Assembly: GCA_045638525.1 (NCBI GenBank)
Contig: JAZUBQ010000001.1
Location: forward strand, 68,438 to 132,437
Direction of reading: 5' to 3'
Source: Clostridia bacterium
Lineage (GTDB): Bacteria; Bacillota; Clostridia; UMGS1840
Length of the DNA: 64,000 bases
The notes under the pieces: model-generated
Database searches by the model: none
The model's input: only the letters and a program-made list of their open reading frames with translations
Told to the model about the DNA's origin: nothing
Position numbers and translations under genes: made by a program
Part shown: positions 62,601 through 64,000 of the stretch, piece by piece
Layout: the number at the start of each line of letters is the position of its first letter
Numbering within the stretch: position 1 is the stretch's first letter

Positions 62601-63921
62601 AGTCGGTCTGAGCTGCATCAGTCCAAGCCATATGGTTGGTTTCGCCGGCACCTCTGTAGATGTCTGCATAGAAACCGGTATCAGCAATTACACGGATGGT
62701 AGTTGCATCTGCACCGGCAAAGCTCATGTAAGGATATACCAGACCTGCTTTGCCCTGGAAGGGAGTGTAGGAGAAGGTATATTTTGCACCGGGAGCCAGT
62801 TCATAACCTAAGTTGGTGTAGATAGCATCTTCCTGACCGGAGATTACTGCTGCACCGGTATCTTCGATTTCTGCGATGTAATCTAAACCGTTGTTTTCTA
62901 AAGCGGTAAAGGTTACGTTTGCGGAAGCATCGGTAGTTGCAATCTCATTTTTGCCTCTTACTAAGTAGATGTAGCCGGTTTCGCCTGCTGCTAAAGCAAC
63001 TTTAGAACCGGTTTCGTTTTCGATTACTACGTCTGCATCAGCGGTTACTTCGTAAACACCTGCTGCATCCGCTTTGTAAGAGAAAGTATCATTGTAGATA
63101 TTGGGAGTTGCGGTCGGCTCGGGAGTGGGTTCCGGAGTCGGTTCGGGAGTCGGCTCGGGAGTCGGTTCCGGAGTCGGTTCAGGATTTAAGTCAGCGTAAG
63201 TCATTACTGCTAACTGATCTACAGTAATGTCAGATCTGTATTCACCAACAGAGTGAATGTTGATGTTTGTTAATACACCGGTATTCTGACCCATATTGGT
63301 AATGGTGATTTCCTGAGAACCACCTCTTACATATAACAGGGCTACAACTGCGTGTGCAGCATCAGACCAAGCTAAGGTGCTTGCGTAACCGGGATTTTTG
63401 TAAATAGTGGTTTTGAAACCGGTATCAGTAGTGATCAAGTAGGTATTTTCTACAGTATCAGAGAAATAGATGTAGGGATACACGATACCGTTTTTACCTG
63501 CAGAAGGATTGTAGGTAAAGGTGTAGGATTCACCGGGTGCCATAGATTTGTATAAACCTGCAACAACCGAATCTTCCTGACCGAAAATAACGGGAGAGTT
63601 AGGAATGTTTACCTGACCCAGGTAATCCATACCGTTGTCATCTAAATCAGTGATGGTTAATGCAGCACCATTGGTGATGTCTACATTGTTTGCACCTTTT
63701 ACCAGGTACATATAACCGGTCTGACCTGCTGCTAATTCGGTAACAGAACCGATTTCGGTAGTAATAGTAGTTGCTTTGTTTGCTGTTACAGCATATACAC
63801 CTGCATAGGGTGCATCGTTGTAATCAACAGTTTCGCCAGCCGCGCTTACGAATGTAAACTGACTGAACATACAGCTTAACATCATTACGAGTGCTAAGCA
63901 AATGCTAAGAGTTTTTTTCAT
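59605..63921 (-). CDS. Giant secreted protein P5 (1438 aa): 2 type-B modules plus the same roughly 920-aa tail as P4
   Basis: The signal peptide ends in FTFVSA. The two type-B modules are separated by a (PEPT)6 linker. The tail begins YFPEGWDGVVENHPD and ends VFVWDNFDGLKPVF. Confidence 0.75.
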   Translation of the reverse strand: MKKTLSICLALVMMLSCMFSQFTFVSAAGETVDYNDAPYAGVYAVTANKATTITTEIGSVTELAAGQTGYMYLVKGANNVDITNGAALTITDLDDNGMDYLGQVNIPNSPVIFGQEDSVVAGLYKSMAPGESYTFTYNPSAGKNGIVYPYIYFSDTVENTYLITTDTGFKTTIYKNPGYASTLAWSDAAHAVVALLYVRGGSQEITITNMGQNTGVLTNINIHSVGEYRSDITVDQLAVMTYADLNPEPTPEPTPEPTPEPTPEPTPEPTATPNIYNDTFSYKADAAGVYEVTADADVVIENETGSKVALAAGETGYIYLVRGKNEIATTDASANVTFTALENNGLDYIAEIEDTGAAVISGQEDAIYTNLGYELAPGAKYTFSYTPFQGKAGLVYPYMSFAGADATTIRVIADTGFYADIYRGAGETNHMAWTDAAQTDLEMLYVRNGSNVITLENIGEGTVFITNIKLHSVGELKDHATWGTALNLANLKVYNGEYETVDYGYFPEGWDGVVENHPDYNDNADALYIDAFAPNMSSDDGMELLGTDWGFEGETGDVLNKGYEDAIFLPAGSSLTYTLENIPYTGTYASLVRYGQASYASSALQLINNVDGVDYITQHNIAPRGWGKEWSYNTYCDDFIYLLEGTNEITVYNAGPGGVLFYEFDILPLENTDDYFQYVGTVENPDGTNPEGWTGSLVGWPDWNPDINPWTYGVQSVPNVYNTLEYYLPYSENGVTFADDLWVNYTVSAPEAGMYLVEAETLGNVHLETATGDYVDFTSTGAPVQYIYLEEGDNVVTVTGKSGSEFTSATFYQLNNSEEYESQRQNSTFLPEEAFEIEINPMKDMSASEGYWYQYQYDTEGAAIVQGGGSKVAYDVNVLFPGIYRVAARIGGTVGGTTGDQYPTITIDTNGDDGYRAQLLATNAPSPIWVNTDADGAFQYVYLTEGINHVEVTAGSTHHELWSLNFCLLTEEEKATITIDDCKLTPPRPITISPYTDTLTANGMGFDYHFYSQDTPPIGEGHGTQLLSGEWQRFEVDAKVAGTYQISTMAYVTGDDGVVISVETIDSKGTTKYDTAAAFYKESTGSYITLKEGVNSVWVRCDGPGWVFLKSVSLTYVEDTSAIVPGVFIQGFDYIGASDDLTQVPEYTVRNNYMGIHVANTTDATANTLTYTYNVTIPANAEYGIIMTGTVPLTPTVKITLTNGSEDFVMVDGELPYFGNENEASSVTITEEKTYLEAGEYTMIFELTENADAGSESILMNHIHSFEFTTLTRQDMFLAAMQAVATTEDVKAALEEYRDVLTSDITVTPDTDFIYPEYAYNALLNCAMLENGAYETYEDVKYAYDFAKNMIVAADDGAGNLVYTVQVGDWNEVGTTVLVAVYAENGQLYMMGEGYLDYEEANGVYVPVEAALYDYIPETGDTIKVFVWDNFDGLKPVF
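63111..63183 (-). repeat. Six tandem 12-nt units (plus-strand gagtcggttcgg and variants) encoding (PEPT)n in P5
   Basis: Read directly from the sequence: cggtcggctcgg gagtgggttccg gagtcggttcgg gagtcggctcgg gagtcggttccg gagtcggttcag. Confidence 0.9.
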
Positions 63922-64000
63922 AATCTTGCTGTCCTTTCCTTTATTGTATTGTTTTATTTTGCTTATTTATTTTTCATAAATATCGCTAAAGGAATCCATT

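Noticed and set aside
58561-63183. Short tandem repeats that could be mistaken for a CRISPR array or VNTR locus.
   Set aside because: The repeat unit is 12 nt with no spacers, is in frame, and encodes PEPT/PT linkers inside long ORFs. There are no cas genes and no 25-40 nt repeat/spacer periodicity anywhere in the window.
40003-63921. The possibility that the accessory right half is a mobile element or genomic island.
   Set aside because: No integrase, transposase, tRNA attachment site, flanking long direct repeats or phage/conjugation genes are visible within the window. The right boundary is not contained in the window, so island status cannot be judged from here.

Overview
This is a chromosomal segment from a low-GC Gram-positive bacterium (Bacillota, most likely Clostridia). 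The supporting signals are GGAGG-type ribosome-binding sites, a Cheo-type SOS box, cinA-recA, cdaA-cdaR, murT-gatD, nfnAB and SLH/CsaB. All calls come from reading the sequence and ORF translations by eye. No database search or alignment program was run, and sub-gene domain boundaries are approximate (about +/-30 nt).

The left half (1-31 kb) holds core and cell-envelope genes:
- plsX-acpP
- a BspA-type Cys-containing LRR surface protein
- cinA-recA with an SOS box
- a cobalamin-riboswitch operon: corrinoid adenosyltransferase, ECF T component, and a fused double-ATPase/membrane-domain protein
- a second LRR protein
- FMN riboswitch-ribU
- cdaA-cdaR, murA, GTP-PEPCK, rsmA, a patatin-like lipase and nfnAB
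- a long co-directional block: rnj-murT-gatD-femX-like-DUF2344-(GT4::CsaB fusion)

The right half (31.4-63.9 kb) lies entirely on the minus strand and looks accessory:
- a signal-peptide-less GH89 alpha-N-acetylglucosaminidase
- a translationally coupled pair of SLH-type surface proteins
- five tandem giant secreted paralogs (1135-1933 aa, about 23 kb of coding sequence)

The giant paralogs are assembled combinatorially from two N-terminal module families, Pro/Thr(/Glu) linkers, CBM6/35-like beta-sandwiches and two alternative C-terminal chassis. One chassis is a roughly 635-aa right-handed beta-helix domain that I cannot assign to a family. This array, together with the SLH proteins, GH89 and the pyruvyltransferase fusion, is the best candidate here for an undescribed cell-surface glycan-processing system.

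I recognised no rRNA, tRNA, CRISPR array, transposase, integrase or phage gene.
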